Assembly (NCBI RefSeq): GCF_009914755.1
Contig: NC_060926.1
Reading direction: 5' to 3' (one strand)
Origin: the human T2T-CHM13v2.0 reference genome, Homo sapiens
DNA length: 64,000 nucleotides
The notes under the pieces were generated by a model that worked only from the letters and a program-made list of their open reading frames with translations, ran no database searches and was not told the origin of the DNA. The translations under genes and the position numbers were made by a program. Shown in pieces: positions 1-13,780 of the stretch (within the stretch, counting starts at the first letter, position 1; each line of letters opens with the position of its first letter).

Positions 1-444
1 TACAGGCCTTCTAAAATTGTTTTCACAACTTGCCTCCAAACACAATAAGGAAATATAAGAGTAACAAGTAAGACCACACAAAATCCATAATCCCAGCATA
101 ACTGGAACATGGAGAAAACCCATCTTCCAATAACATTAAGTAGGAAAATAAACACCAAGTCCAGTGAGCTGTCTCCTGTATTCCCACCCTTTGGGGAATG
201 CAGGAGTTGCTGAGGGTGGGGAAAAGGGGCGTGCTGTAGAAAAGAAAGGGCAGGGGAACTTAGCAGCAGTCCTAAAATTGACCTAAAGCTGCCACAAGGG
301 AAAAAGAGACTTCCCTGTGTATGGTATTGAGAGTTTCCTCCAGTTTAGAGCAGCCCCTCCTGGGAAGTGACTTAAAAACCCACACATGATCTGAGTAAGC
401 AGTCTTGGAAAAATAAAGCTCCAGGAAGAGAAAGAAGTGTGTTA

Positions 445-1020
445 GTATTTTTATTTTAATTGAATTAGTTTGTAAATGAACTTAGGGAGAGCTTCTATCT
501 TTACAATGTTGATTTTTCCTTCAAAGAACAAGTGTATCTTTACATATGCTAACATCAACCTTTGAGTCTTTCAGTGTTGTTTCAGTGTTTTCTTCATACA
601 GGTTTTATACATTGCTTTTCAAGATTATTCCTATTCTATCTTTTGTTACTATTGTAAATAATGTTTTCTCTCTTTGTATCCTCTAATTATTATACATGTA
701 CATGAACACTACTGATTTCTTATGTTAATTTTATAGCTTGCTACTCTATTGAATTATTTTATTATTTGAGTTAATTTTATCATTGACTCTCTAGGGTTTT
801 CCAGGTACACACTCATATCATCTGCATAAACATTTTCTTTTACTTCTTTTCATTCAATTTTTATTCAGATAATTAATTTCCCTTTTCTAAATGCACTGGG
901 TAATATATGATTAATAGTGGTAGAAACAGTGGGAAATCTTGCCTTTACCTAATCTTAGTGAAGCCACCTTTAGTGTTTCTCATCAAGAAAGATGCTATCT
1001 TTAGGACTGGGGTAAATATC
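445..1020 (-). mobile_element. Old L1 (L1M) ORF2-region fragment
   Basis: Degenerate antisense L1 motifs such as ctctagggttttccaggtacacactcatatcatctgca. Confidence 0.7.
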
Positions 1021-1178
1021 TTTTAATCTATACATGATTCTATTTTGTGAATAATAAGGGACCCTGTTCATAGAGCACAGGGGAGCTCTTTACTGTATTC
1101 ACAACTTTTTGGTAGATTTAAACCTCTTCTAAAAAACTTTAATAACTGCAAAAAGCAAAACCCTGCATATAGCTATTT

Positions 1179-1197
1179 GTATGTATATGTATGTGTG

Positions 1198-1228
<31 letters not shown>
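1179..1228. repeat. Compound (TATG)/(TA)n/(CA)n microsatellite
   Basis: Visible directly. Confidence 0.9.
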
Positions 1229-1269
1229 GTGTTTCTATATTTGTGTATAGACATATATCAATTTTTCAG

Positions 1270-3400
1270 CTTCTTTATTGAGAGAACTGAGAAACTGCCA
1301 CTTCAGTAGCAACAAGCCACTCCTAGAGCTCAGATCTTGGTTTCTAAATGCCATTTACTACTAAAATAACCCTGGGCCCCTTAGAAAAATAGCTGATTCC
1401 TGGTGCGAATCAGAAAAAACAAGATGAGCTTGGGAGATCTTCATGTGCCAAAAAGTAAGAAAATATTTAAATGGTGGGAATATTGCAAAAGAATGCAGGT
1501 CCACTTTGAAGGGATTTCTACTGGCTAAATCTATGACAATTTGAGCTCCAAATAAATAATATTTAACTGTTATAACTATTAAATAAAGTATAAATCTGCT
1601 TGATATTAATAAATGCATGAATAAATAGATAAATAAGTGGGGAGAAAGCAAAGCTCTTGCTTGCATTAGAAAGCCAACCAAAAAATATCAAATGAATAAT
1701 GGAATTAAAAAATCAGTATTCGTAACCATCAGAGTGATAATTAAGTCAGGCAAGAATCATCAACGAATGTTGACACTAGTGGATGAAATTTTGACGAGGA
1801 ACAGGATATTTACGTCATCTGAAACTATATACCCACAAGATATATTTTTATTATAAGAGGTAAAATGATAACTTTACAGAGGGAAAAAAATAGCAGACAT
1901 TACTTTAACTTTCACAGATTGACCATCCCTAATCTAAAAATCTGAATTCCAAAATGCTTCTAAATTTCAAAATTTTTGAGCACTGACATGATCATAGAGA
2001 TGACATCGTTGGCACTGCACAAAAAGTGCCTATAGACAACAGGGTGAAAAAGTGTGAAGGGCTTTTTGTACTGGAGCAGTGCCTTCATCACAGAACAAGA
2101 AATAGTGTTCATTTATAAAATCAAAGAGAAACTTCTAACCCAAAAACCATTGTTAATGAGGCAGATGACGCTGGAGAAAACATTTAAAAAGCCCTCCGGC
2201 AGAATGCCTCCTCATCCCTAGAGGGCCCACTTCTTGGTCCTTCAGCTGCTTCTGATGTTTCTTCTAAGCTCAAAAATAAGATACACAATAACCTTTTAAT
2301 CAAAACACAGCCTTTTAGCTGGAGATGGAAAACCTGCTGTTTTTTTTTTTTTTTTTTTTTGTGGCTGCCGTTTCGCAGCTAATCCAGGTATTCTGGTGAT
2401 GCTACTGTGCTGCTTAGTTACCCTAAACTTTTAACATTATTTTTTCACTGTATTAATGGCATGTCATAGTATGATCCCTAAATACTTACGGGTGAATGAG
2501 TATAAGAAAATGATTGCTTATCTGTAACATAAATTCAGAGTCAGGAATGATGGTGATGCCAAACAACCACAGATTGTCCATGTGGGTGGCTGAGACAGTG
2601 ACACCTTTTGCCTTCTGATAGTTCACTGTACAAGAACTTTATTTCATGTACAAAATTATTAAAAATATTGTATACAATTATCTTCAGCTATGTGTATCTG
2701 GTGTAAAAGAAACATAAATGAATGTCATGTTTAGACTTGGATTCTGTCACGAAGATATCTCATTATGCATATGCAAATATTCAAAAATTTGCAAAAATCT
2801 GAAATAGAAAACGCTTCTGGTCCCAAGCGTTTTGGATAAGGGATATTCAAACTGTAATCAAAGATCAGCGGTAATAGGGCTAATGCACAGCGGGCTCCTC
2901 CTGTTACGATGCCCTAAGAGCTCAGCATCAGTTCTGTGCTATGCCTGCCAAAGGTGCAGACCCTGAATCTAATCACACAATCATGAGGAAATATCTAATG
3001 TAATCATGAAGAAACTTCGGACCAATGCAAATTAGAGACATTGTACAAAATAACTTCAAAAATGTCAGTCATGAAATATACAGAGTGACTGTGGGACTTT
3101 TTCAGATTGAAAGGGATTTGGGATGTGCTACTGAGGGCATGATTAAGATAACTGACAAAATCTAAAAAGGTCCGGAAATTAGGCGACAGCATTATTTCCA
3201 GTGTGAAGTTCCACTGCTTATGTACACAGCAGAGAGAGATGGAGGAAGGAAGAAGTTGGAGGAGGGAGATGTGTGAATATTCCAGTTGAGGATGTGCTAA
3301 AAGCTAAACTTCGGGCAATCTTGTTGAATGGTATCCAGTAATATTTTGTTTTATTCTTGTGACTTTTATGTAAGTCACAAGTAAAAAATAAAAATAAATA
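1270..3400 (+). mobile_element. L1MC/L1ME-type 3' UTR remnant, interrupted by Tigger4
   Basis: cagatcttggtttctaaatgccatt... upstream and ...ccctgaatctaatc...catgaggaaa downstream resemble the old L1M 3' UTR; ends in an A-rich tract near 3385-3400. Confidence 0.65.
1915..2854 (+). mobile_element. Tigger4 (Zombi)-family DNA transposon, internally deleted
   Basis: Terminal inverted repeats cagattgaccatccct and agggatattcaaactg, TA after the 3' end, and Tigger4-like subterminal sequence (ttctggtcccaagcgttttggataagggata). Confidence 0.85.
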
Positions 3401-6400
3401 CATTGAAATAAATATTAAATGAAGTGATCTGGCTAAATCACCACCAAAAGATATGTCGATTAAAATTTGTTTAAAAAAGAAATAAAGATACCATACTTTA
3501 AAAAGAGAAATTAGGACCCTGTGAAATGGGCTACTGTTAGAGGTTTGAGTGGATGTCAGAGTAAGTCTTAAACTTTATGAAGATGAATGGGGGAGGCATG
3601 CAGTACTGTTGGCACTTTAGAAATGCTGTTGTCAGAGAGGACAGAAAGAATCCATTCTTGGGTTCTGTGTGTTTAGGAACATCACGGAAGCAGCATCAGC
3701 ATTCTCTTAACATTTTAGGGCATTGGCACTTTGTTCAGAGAGTGTAGTCCATGTTTGTGAAAGCTGAAGCATGATTCCCTTAAGAGTTAAGAAATGCCCA
3801 TTGTACTAAATGAGAATAGGACCATGTCTTCAGGTCATTGATAGCCACTTGAATCCTATCTCCATCAAATGACCTGGACAATTTCCTATTCCGCACACAC
3901 TCATGCACACGTGTATGCATGTGCACAGTATGTGTTGTGGGGAGGTTGGTGAGTTCATTTTTTATTTTCAAGGAGTAGCAAGTACATCTTTCATGCCTCT
4001 GTGTCTACTTCATCTTTCTGCCTGCTCGCTTTTCATTATTTAGCTTCAAATTTTCATTACATCTTTACCAAAGGATAAAAAGAGAAACGGAAATACTAAT
4101 GAGTCTACATAGTCATTTATCAGAAATTCTTCAGAGATGTTTTGAGTCCAGAAATCAATGAGACTGGCATTTCTCTTGTACTCATTTATTTTCTTCCTTC
4201 TGGGATTCCTCTTTTCACCACCTGCCCTTCTCCAATTTTGAAAGGAGAACATGAGAGTGGTATTTTCTCTTTATCTTTCAGTGGTGTAACCTGCAACTTT
4301 ATCCCTAAACCTCTTAGAGGTAGATCCTGACACTGGGAGAGGAATGACTTATGTTTAATAAAAATCTGCTTCAGGAGAGTAAATGGAAAAACACTTCACT
4401 ACAGGTCACATTTCCGCTATAGTTCCTCCCCAACTTAGAAGCTGTCCTTGGAAGACAATTCCCCTACTACTGCCAACCTCTTGGCCTTCTGAGGAAAAGA
4501 GACTAACGGTTTCAGCTGCTAGCTTTCAACCATCTGAATAATGACCAGAACATGTCCTTCTTCCCCTCCACTACATATATGCACTTTAAGTGGTAAAATG
4601 TTGTTATAAAAAGGCTGGGGGTGGGAGCTTTAGGTGTATAAATGGGAATGTATATTCTGATTACCTTACCATTTCTGTGGATTCTCATGAACTTGCTGTA
4701 TCTCTGAATACAAACTTTTATTCCAAGATATATTGGCAAATGATGAGTTATAAAAGAAAAACTGGAAGACTTTTTGGTGGTTTTCTTTTCTTCAGACTAA
4801 GAATTTAAACCACCTTACTGTTGCTGTTTTACCCTTATTATTTGAGTATTATGATGCCTTTGGGACAAAATTGTCATTATTTTGCCTAAGATATTTGAGT
4901 CGGGAGATTTGTATGTCCAGGACTTGCACTGTTTATAAGAAATTAACAATCAGAGTAGATGCTGTTAAGGCTTCTTGCCATAACCATAAGGGGCAGAGCT
5001 GAACCGCACGGCACTCCTAGTGTAGTCTTTGTGTGTGATCTGCAGTATAAATTGGGTAAATAGTGGTGCTGCTCTCCCATTCTACAAGCGAGTCCTATTA
5101 AGTCACTTTCCATGTTTAGCTCTTCACTGACAGTGGTGAACAACTTAAGAAAACATGTTTTTATAACAAATGCTTTTCCCAGTCTTTTCATTTTTCTTTC
5201 TTTTCTAAAAAATATATCGAAAGATAATGTATCTAGTCTTTTCTCACTCTAAAAATATGAAGTATAGAAATGTATGCCCACTGTAAATACTTTAAAAATG
5301 TTTATATAAAATAAAAAGTAAGTCCCCTTCTCAAAACCTCCTTGCATTTACCTCTTCCCTCTAGTCCCAGTAATTAACAAGGTTTGGGATATTAACTGAA
5401 TATTTTTAAAGTATTTCATATGTGCATATAAAGATTCACTTAGTTATTTACACTTGTCATGTTTTGAAATACAGATATATTAGCTAATTCCTTTGAGTTG
5501 ATCTTTAAGGATCAGATCTACTTGGTTTTGTGATGCTTTTCCTGAAATGACTGTGAAAGCTAATTCCAATGCTCATTTTATGAAGTGGAAAGGAAGAATT
5601 ATGTGGTGATGAATATCACTAAAACACTCTTGATAAAAAATACCATATTGCATTTTTGCTTTTGATAAGTAAGCATAATTTATTTCCCCATATCAGATTA
5701 TTAAAAGTTATTGTGTATGTTCTCCTTAACTAAGAGAAATATGCAAATATGAGAATTTTGCATTATACTTTTGAACTTTACTTGATAATAGGTTTTAATA
5801 GAGAAAATGAAAAAGCTGAAGATAGTGTAAAATAGTTTCCAAAGGCCAGGTGGCTAGAATGATTAATGAGAAAACAATGCTGGTGGCCAAATATTTCTAG
5901 AGATGCAACTGAGATTTTGGAAGAAATAACCTCAGCATCTGACTAGACTGTTGCAGAATCTTCACATAATTACATCCTTAAAAGGATGTAATTCCTTCTC
6001 AAGGAACGTTGGAAACGTGAATATTTTTCAATCTTTAATAATTTTTCTCTTACTCAAATTTTTAAATCTGTACCACTGCATTCTTCCTTAGATGTTTCAG
6101 AAATATAGATTTCTTTCTCTCTGAAGGCTATAAATTATTCAAGTGCATAGGAGTACCTTTTTATTCTTGTATATTCCTATATGCCTTCCTCATTCCCACC
6201 TCAATTTGAGTATGATATGGATGCTGTGTCAGTGCTTCTGGAATTAATGAAAGAAATCAGTTTAGATTTAAATCTCCATTTGAACCCACTTTATTGTGGC
6301 ATTATATACATACAATTTATGTAAATACTTTACTGTTCAACCTTGTTTTAGGCCAACCTTCCCATTTTTATTTCTTCTTGGTTTGTCAAGTATTTTTTTA

Positions 6401-6611
6401 ATGAGTTTACATTGTTTATTTTTAAAGAACATTTTTAGTAAAGTGTAACATACATATAGAAATCAGCATAAATCATAGTATTCCCTGAATGAATTTTTAA
6501 ATGCAAACACACATGTGCCTAGTACTCACATAAATAAATAGAAATTCCTGACTTCCCTGAACCTCTCCTGCCCCATCCCAGTCACACATATGGTCCATAC
6601 TGTAACCACTA

Positions 6612-6895
6612 TTTTTTTTTTAATTTAAGAAACAGGATCTTACTCTGTCGCCCAGACTAGAGTGCAGTAGCACAATCATAGCTTACTGCAGCCTCCAACT
6701 CCCAGGCTCCAGTGACCCTGGCTTCCAGTGGTCCTCCTGACTCAACTTCCCAAGTAGCTGGGGCTACAGGAACATGCTGCATGCCTGGCTAATTTAGATA
6801 TATATTGAAGAGCCTCCAACTCCTGGCCTCAAGCGATCCTACTGCCTTGACCTCCCAAAGCACTGGGATTATAGGTATAGAGCCACTCACCCAGC
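6612..6895 (-). mobile_element. AluJ-type element, partly deleted
   Basis: Poly-T, then acaggatcttactctgtcgcccagactagagtgcagt...cctcccaaagcactgggatt; J-type atcatagcttactgcagcctc. Confidence 0.88.
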
Positions 6896-7149
6896 AAAAC
6901 CTGTATTTTGATTTGTAACATCATAGTCTGATTTTGCCTGTTTTTGAACTTTATGTAGATGTAGGCTATTTTCAAACAGCATTGTTTCCAAGATTCATCC
7001 AGGTTGAACAGTAGTTTTAAATATATGTGTGGTTCATTCTTTTTCATTGCTAAATAGCATTCCATTGTTTGACTATATTGATTGATTGATTGATTCCATT
7101 TTGATGGCCATTTTAGTGTGTGTCTTTGTTACATTTAACCCTTAGTGCA

Positions 7150-7556
7150 AATGACAGAATTTTCTTCTTTTCAAGAGCTGGAAAACATTCTGGGGTGTGT
7201 GTGCATGTGCATGTGTGCACATGCACCACATTTTCATTATCTGTTGCTCCATTGGTGGGCACTTGGGCTTCTCTCATGTCTTGCTTATTGTGAATGATGC
7301 TGCAGTGAACATGTAGTGCACATATCTCTTTGACATGTTGATTTCATTTCCTTTTGATAGGTACCCAGCAGTGCTGAGATCATATGGTAATTCTACTTTT
7401 ATTTTCTTGAGAAATCTCCATAGTTTTTCTATAATGCCTGTATTAATTTACATCCCCACCAACAATGTATACATATATTAAAACACATTGTACTCCATAA
7501 GTATATATAATCATTATTTGTCAATTTAAAAAATAAACAAAAAACAAACAAAACCA
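7150..7556 (+). mobile_element. L1MA-type insertion with inverted 5' segment
   Basis: Antisense L1 about 7150-7470, then a sense L1MA 3' tip with A-rich tail; flanked by approximate repeats aacccttagtgca and aaccccagtgca. Confidence 0.65.
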
Positions 7557-8140
7557 AACCCCAGTGCAGAATTGTTGTATCATATGGTGAGCACATGGCC
7601 ACTTCCTAGTAAAAGCTGCCCCACAGTTCTCCAAAGTGGCTGTGCCAATTAAGACCCCATCCAGCATCAGTGTGAGAGTGCGAGGTGCCACATCCCCTCG
7701 TCGGACTTGCTACTGTTGGTCCTTTTCTTTTAACCACTCAGGTGGATGAGTAGCAGGATCTCATTTGTGGTTTAATTTACAATTTCCTAATGACTAAATA
7801 GACTGAGCCCTTTTCAAATCTTTATCAGCCGTTTGTGTTTCTCCTCTGGGATGCTCCTGCTCAAGGCTTTGCCCATTTTTTCTGATGGTCTCTATGTCTT
7901 TTCCTTGTTAATCTCTCAGGGTACTTGATTCTCTGTAGATTCTGGATCTGGGTCCTTTGCTGCACATCATCTTTTCTCCCATAGTGTATTGTGTAATTTC
8001 ACTTTCAGAACGCTGTCTTTTGCAGAAGAGAGATTCTTTGTTCCCATGTAGTAATTTTATTATAATTTTTCTTTAAGGACTGTGCTCATCTGAGTGAGCT
8101 TTTGTATGATTTTGTTTTCATTATTTTCTCTGGGTTTTTC

Positions 8141-8599
8141 AGTAGCCTGAATGATACTTCTCCAAAAGATATCCACATCAAATCCCTGGAACTTGTGAAT
8201 GTGATCTTAAAAATTTGGGAAAAGGGTGTCTGCTAATGTGGTTAAGGATTTGAGGTAATGAGATAATCCTGGATTATCTCAGATGGACCCTAGATGTCAT
8301 CCCAAGTGTCCTCATAAGAAGGAGGCAAAGAAGACAGACACCCAGAAGAGAAGACACAGAGGAGATGGCGAGGTGAAAAGAAAGAAGCAGAGCAGAGTGG
8401 TTTAACCACAAGCCGGGGGCATCGACTGCCACAGAGCAGTTACAGAACAGGTTCTCCCAGGAGCAGCAGTAGAGAGCACGGCCCTGCCAACACCTAACTG
8501 TCAGACTTCTGTTTTTCAGGACTGCTGGAGAATGAGTTTCTGTTGTTTCAAGCACCAAGTTTGTAGTAATTTGTTATAGCAGCTTTGGAAATAAATACA
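8141..8599 (+). mobile_element. MaLR LTR (MLT1C/D-like)
   Basis: aaagatatccacatc..atccctggaacttgtgaatgt near the start; ccaagtttgtagtaatttgttatagcagc...aataca at the end. Confidence 0.85.
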
Positions 8600-8776
8600 G
8601 GGTTATGTAGGGCTTCTTAAGTTTATGGCTCCATGAATTGACACAGATACACACCAAGAATCAGCAAATGCTTTGAGAAAAGAGAGGCTGTGGTGGTAAG
8701 TCAAGTCTCTCCAATTACATCTCTTTGGGATCTCAACTTCCAGATTTCTATTTGACTCAGCAGTTTTCCTATGTCT

Positions 8777-8985
8777 TGATAGAAAGATAAACAGATGATA
8801 GATAGATAACAAACAGGTGATAGTTGGATAGATAACAGATGTGTAGAGAGATGATAGCTAGATAATGGATAGAGGGATAGATAGGTGATACATGTGTAGA
8901 TAGATATGTGATACACAAATAAGAGATGGATAGAAGGAGGCATGGGCAAACAGACATAGATGGATAATGATGGATAAACAGATAG
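8777..8985. repeat. Degenerate (GATA)n tract
   Basis: Repeated gata/gatagat units. Confidence 0.85.
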
Positions 8986-11900
8986 TATTTTGTTTGGCTT
9001 TTTTAGTTGTTCTCGGTGTGATTGTTGATATTTTTCAAGCTATTCCCATCACAGCCAAAAACAGAAATCTGATGTAAAATTTTTAAATTGAGAATTCTCT
9101 CATTTGTTTCCCTAAATTTACTTTGTTCTCTAGAAAAGTAAATAATAATTTCCTAGTTTTATTCCCTGGTCTAGGGTATGAATAAAATGAGAACTCTTAT
9201 CTTCCTTAATGGTATTTTAAATACCTGAAATTAAGCTGCTTTATGATTTATCCTTTCTTAAATAGGACTATAATAATTGTGTCAGATTGTCTGGAATTGG
9301 CATGGGTGTTAGAGAGTAAGAACAACTAATGCAAACCTTAGTGAAGTATACTTTTTTAGATCTCAATATTTTAATGATAAATACTTTCTAATTTTACTTA
9401 TTTATTTACATACTTCTTTCTTTACATGTGAAATAGATCTTGACCATGCTCCTGGTTCTAGGCCAAAATTCCATATTTCTTTTTTAGTGAGAGAAGAGAT
9501 AAGGAAAAAAAACCTTTTTTTATTTTATTAATAGGTATAAGTGTAATTTATTAGTAGCTATAAGGTTTGCTAACATGCTTAAGAACTGAGATAGTTATAG
9601 TGACATTGGGGACTTCAAAACATCAATAAGGAATGAAGGGTGTGTTTGTGTATGTGTGTGTGTATGAAATGTAGAATCTATTTAACTTCAGAAAATAGAA
9701 TATTATGCAGTGTATTTCTTACTTTTAATTGGCATTGATTAAAAATTTTTAATGGAGATATAGAAAAGTATCATGACACACACACACGTTTGCATGAACT
9801 TTGCTCTCAGAGAACTTGAGGACATAATACTATTTCATTGCACCCTCTCCTCACAACCTTTTCCTTGTCAGATAAGAGTACACAGACCACCCAGTGATAA
9901 ATATGAGTATGTGAAAGAAATATATCCATAGACAATCTCAAGGGAAAAGGAATAGTTTACAGCTGCTAGGAAATCAACATCAAATAGTTTTCAGATTGGT
10001 GATGTGATGATAATTGGAATAGAATGATAGGCAAGACAGTTCAGTCCTCTGGGGTTTCTATGTAAAGATCATCTGTTACATGGCACCTGGAGTGGGCACC
10101 ATGGAAAAAAATTCCCAATATGTTAGTTTAGAGTGACACTTTTATTTAAAGGAAAATAAAGATTGCTTTAACATTGCTATAAAGTAAGAAATATCTACAT
10201 CAAATTCTTAATAAAGGGACAAAAGAGCAAAATTGGGGTTTTCCCTTAGTCTTTCAGTTGAGAATGCGTAGTTATGGTGAAGAGAACTATGCTATATATT
10301 AATTTCTCCAGGTGGTATTGTCTTCTGATTTCCATATATTCTGTGTCACAGTGTAAGCTGTGAATTTTTCTTAGAGTTATTTTGCAGGTCACTTTATCTG
10401 CTGTTCAGTTGTGTTAAGTGTGATTGAGATCTGAGATTACAGGTGAAGACTTTGAGAAATTCTAGTTCACATTCAGTAGTTGATTAGGACACCATTTCAG
10501 AAATAAGATGCCATTTGGAAGGACACCATTTCAGAAATGAGACATTTTCATTTACAAATACAGATCTATGTATGTAACATATGTATTTTTTATTGAGCAC
10601 AAATTATTTTAATCTATAAGTGGCTTTGTGCTGGCTTATTGCCTACATGAAATGCATCAGTAAATCAGAAATCAACTATCTTAAGAAGTTATACTGAAAA
10701 GTATGATTTGTAGTATGTGTCATTTTTCATAGATTATGATGTAGTAATTTCATCCGAACTCAGATTTATTGAAAGGAAAAAAAGTCGCTGAAACACACTG
10801 GCACTGTTATAACTAAGTAATAGTTAACAAAATTTGGAGTCAATGAGCATCAGTAATGCATGGACAAAATCTTCGTCATCAGGGAATACTGCATTTGAAT
10901 ATAACACCCAATTACTGTGTGAGAGGCTAGGTTAGAATGCACCCACACGGATGACCCAAAAGTTTTCTTCTGTCTACCACACTCATCCATTTCTTTGTTG
11001 ACTCCAGGTAAGCCTGGGCCAGATCCTACCATAGCCAAAATCTTGATGGAAGGAAGATAGGAGAATGCTTCTGAATACCATTTTGTAATGCCAGTTTTGT
11101 TGCTGGATAGAGTGCCAGTGAAGGTGAAAAAACTGTAGGTTTTTTAGAAAAGATTCTTGGAGATTATAAAAGTAGTCATTAGGTATTTAAAAGACTGTCA
11201 CGTAGAACATGTGTTAACTTGTACTCTGTGGTCCCAGAGGAACTCCAGAGAATCCCAAAGATTCTCCTACCACAAATGAAGGGAATTTATAAGAAATTCT
11301 TCCAGTCAACATAATTAAGATCTAAGTTTATCACAGCTGAAAAATGTTCAAATAAAGACACACCATTTGCTGAGGATGTTGCCAGGAAATTAATGAAATG
11401 CATGGTTAGATTCAGTCCTTTAATTATGTAGTTTTTGTTCCTTTTTTGTTTTTGGTATAACAAAGGCAAGAGCAGTTTTCTGTTTCGTATCACTATTATT
11501 TCTGCTAAGTAGATGTGAGGCCTCTGCAATATTATGATTTTAGACATTGAACGTCACTTTCCACTTTGGAAACAAATTTTTTCCAAGTTCATTTCTTTCT
11601 ACAAAAATCGAGGTGATGGAAACAGCTCCATATTTAAAGGTTCTCAGCTCCTCAAGAGCTCTACTTTTGAATTTAAATATTTGTTACTTTTAACATCATG
11701 TGAGTCTTAAATCCCATAGAAGTGATTCTACAACAGCTGTACATTTATTTTACAGCAGTTTGCATTAATTCAGACCCTACTTGCTCTTCTAATACATTAT
11801 TTATCATTGTGTTAAGAGTAAGAATAATGTCTGGTAGATTGTTGCAACATATTTTTACATATTAATACTATCTACTAACTTATTTTCTTCTATTACTAAA

Positions 11901-12359
11901 GTATATTCACATACAAATCTCTGCCTTTTCTGACAAAAAAATAGTTTATATTTCCAACAGTGATTACCCTTTTTTTTTTTATCTAAATGTCTTTCATATT
12001 GTTTTTTTAAAGGATCAGGAATTGCGGAGGGTGATTTTGGAGGCAGAGTATTTGATTTTTAGTGGGTGATTCTTAAGCAGCTGTTGACTGCTGCATGTAG
12101 TCATCTTACAACTGTGTCATTTAATTCTTGACACCTCCCTCAGAGGTAGGAGGAGTCCTTAAATCCTGAGGAGCAAGACATTGTGATTATGAGAGGTGAA
12201 ATGACTTGCCTAAAGGCATGCATCTAGTAACCAGTACAAACTAAACAGGGAAATGGAAATGATCTTGACTTTCAACAGTATGATTAACGAGGAAGAAAGA
12301 ATAAGCGTGAGAGTGTTTAAAGTCCCAAATACACAATCACATGTAGCTAGTTGCCACTC

Positions 12360-12525
12360 AGAGGTTTTCAGCCCTGACTGCGTATTAGTTACCTGTCACA
12401 TTAGAGTTACATTATCAGGGGGTCCCATACTCAAGCACTGATTTAATGGGATTTGGATTGAATCCTAGTATCAACATTTTAAAAGAGATCCCCAGGTGAT
12501 TCTAATATGCAAACAAGGCTGCCAG
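12360..12525. mobile_element. MER5-type hAT MITE remnant
   Basis: ccccaggtgattctaatatgca motif. Confidence 0.6.
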
Positions 12526-13079
12526 CCACCACTCCCTATATAAGAATTGAACAGGTCCAGGTGGGAATAGAGAAAGACCATAAAGGATTTTGCTCAGAAA
12601 AGCATTAGGGACAGGTAGAAGAGGCATGTTTTGTGGTAATGTATCTGAGTAAGGTCGAGGATGCATTTTGTTTAACTGTATTAGAGAGTCACTATTCACA
12701 GACGCATCGTTTGCTGAAGGCCAGTACTTCAGCTTAAATGAATGAAAGCAGAATAATAGATTTGTTTTCATGGTTGGAGCTGTGAATACAAATTAATATA
12801 TTGAAAGAAATAAAAGCAATTAGATAAGGAAGGATTTCATCTAATTAAAGCAGGAATGTATATCTTTGTGGGATTTCGAAGAAAGGGTGTAATTGATCAG
12901 GTGAGGCTTGTGGAAGGTTTTCACTGTTTTTCCAAAAAGGAAAGTTCAAGGGGGAGAGAGGATGTTGATGTTAGGAAGAAAAGACATTTTCATAGGTAAT
13001 TTAGGACTGTGTCTAAAGGAATGAAGAGAAGCTGTAAGATGTAAAAGTGAAGAGAGGAGGAGGAAGGTAATGCATCTAC

Positions 13080-13285
13080 TTTTCAGGTCTACCTACTGTG
13101 TTCTTAATGCTTTTATATGTTAACAACTTGACCAGGTAGAGTTTATTGTGGGCATTGTATTACAAATGAGGAAACTAAGCTCAGCAAATTTGAATTATTT
13201 GCTCAAGGTCAGAAGATTAGAAATGGGTACATCATTGCTCAGATCTAGGTCTTTCTGGTGCAAAGCTTGGCTCATTCACTACATT
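13080..13285 (-). mobile_element. MIR
   Basis: Core ttacaaatgaggaaactaagctcag...ttgctcaaggtca. Confidence 0.7.
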
Positions 13286-13780
13286 CCTTTTCTGTCAAGC
13301 ACTGCTGCCATGTAAAGGACGCATATTATAAAGAATTAGCAGTTAATCAAGAACTACTGAATTAGTGGATATGAGGCAACAGGTGGCAACAAATTTCTAG
13401 ATGTTCTTTGCTGTTAATCTTTTAACCACCAGAGTGTAATGCAAATTGTTTGCAAGAAGAAGACCCTATCGATAAATCATGGAGCTTAAAAGCAGGTAGA
13501 AAGAGAAATAAAGTGACTATAAGGATAGGCAGCCAGCATGGCTTTCATAATATGGCTAAGAGATGGCACTGGATTGAGGTATTGGTAGACATTTGGAGAG
13601 TGGGTTCACTTAAGTGAATATTGGGCAAGAACATAAAGACAGAGCCCTTGACTATACTTCTCTCCTGAGTTTGGTGAGCTCCTACTTATTCAAACCTCAG
13701 TCTGTTTGTTACCTCTTCCATGAAGTATATACTGATCTCTGCTTATATTATTGATCACTGTCTCATTTGTGCCATCATTG

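Larger units (their letters stand above)
6420..8090 (-). mobile_element. Old L1M 3' region hosting an AluJ and a younger L1MA
   Basis: Antisense L1 motifs resume across both inserts (gaattgttgtatcatatggt, tctccaaagtggctgtgccaat, tttgcccattttttct). Confidence 0.7.
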
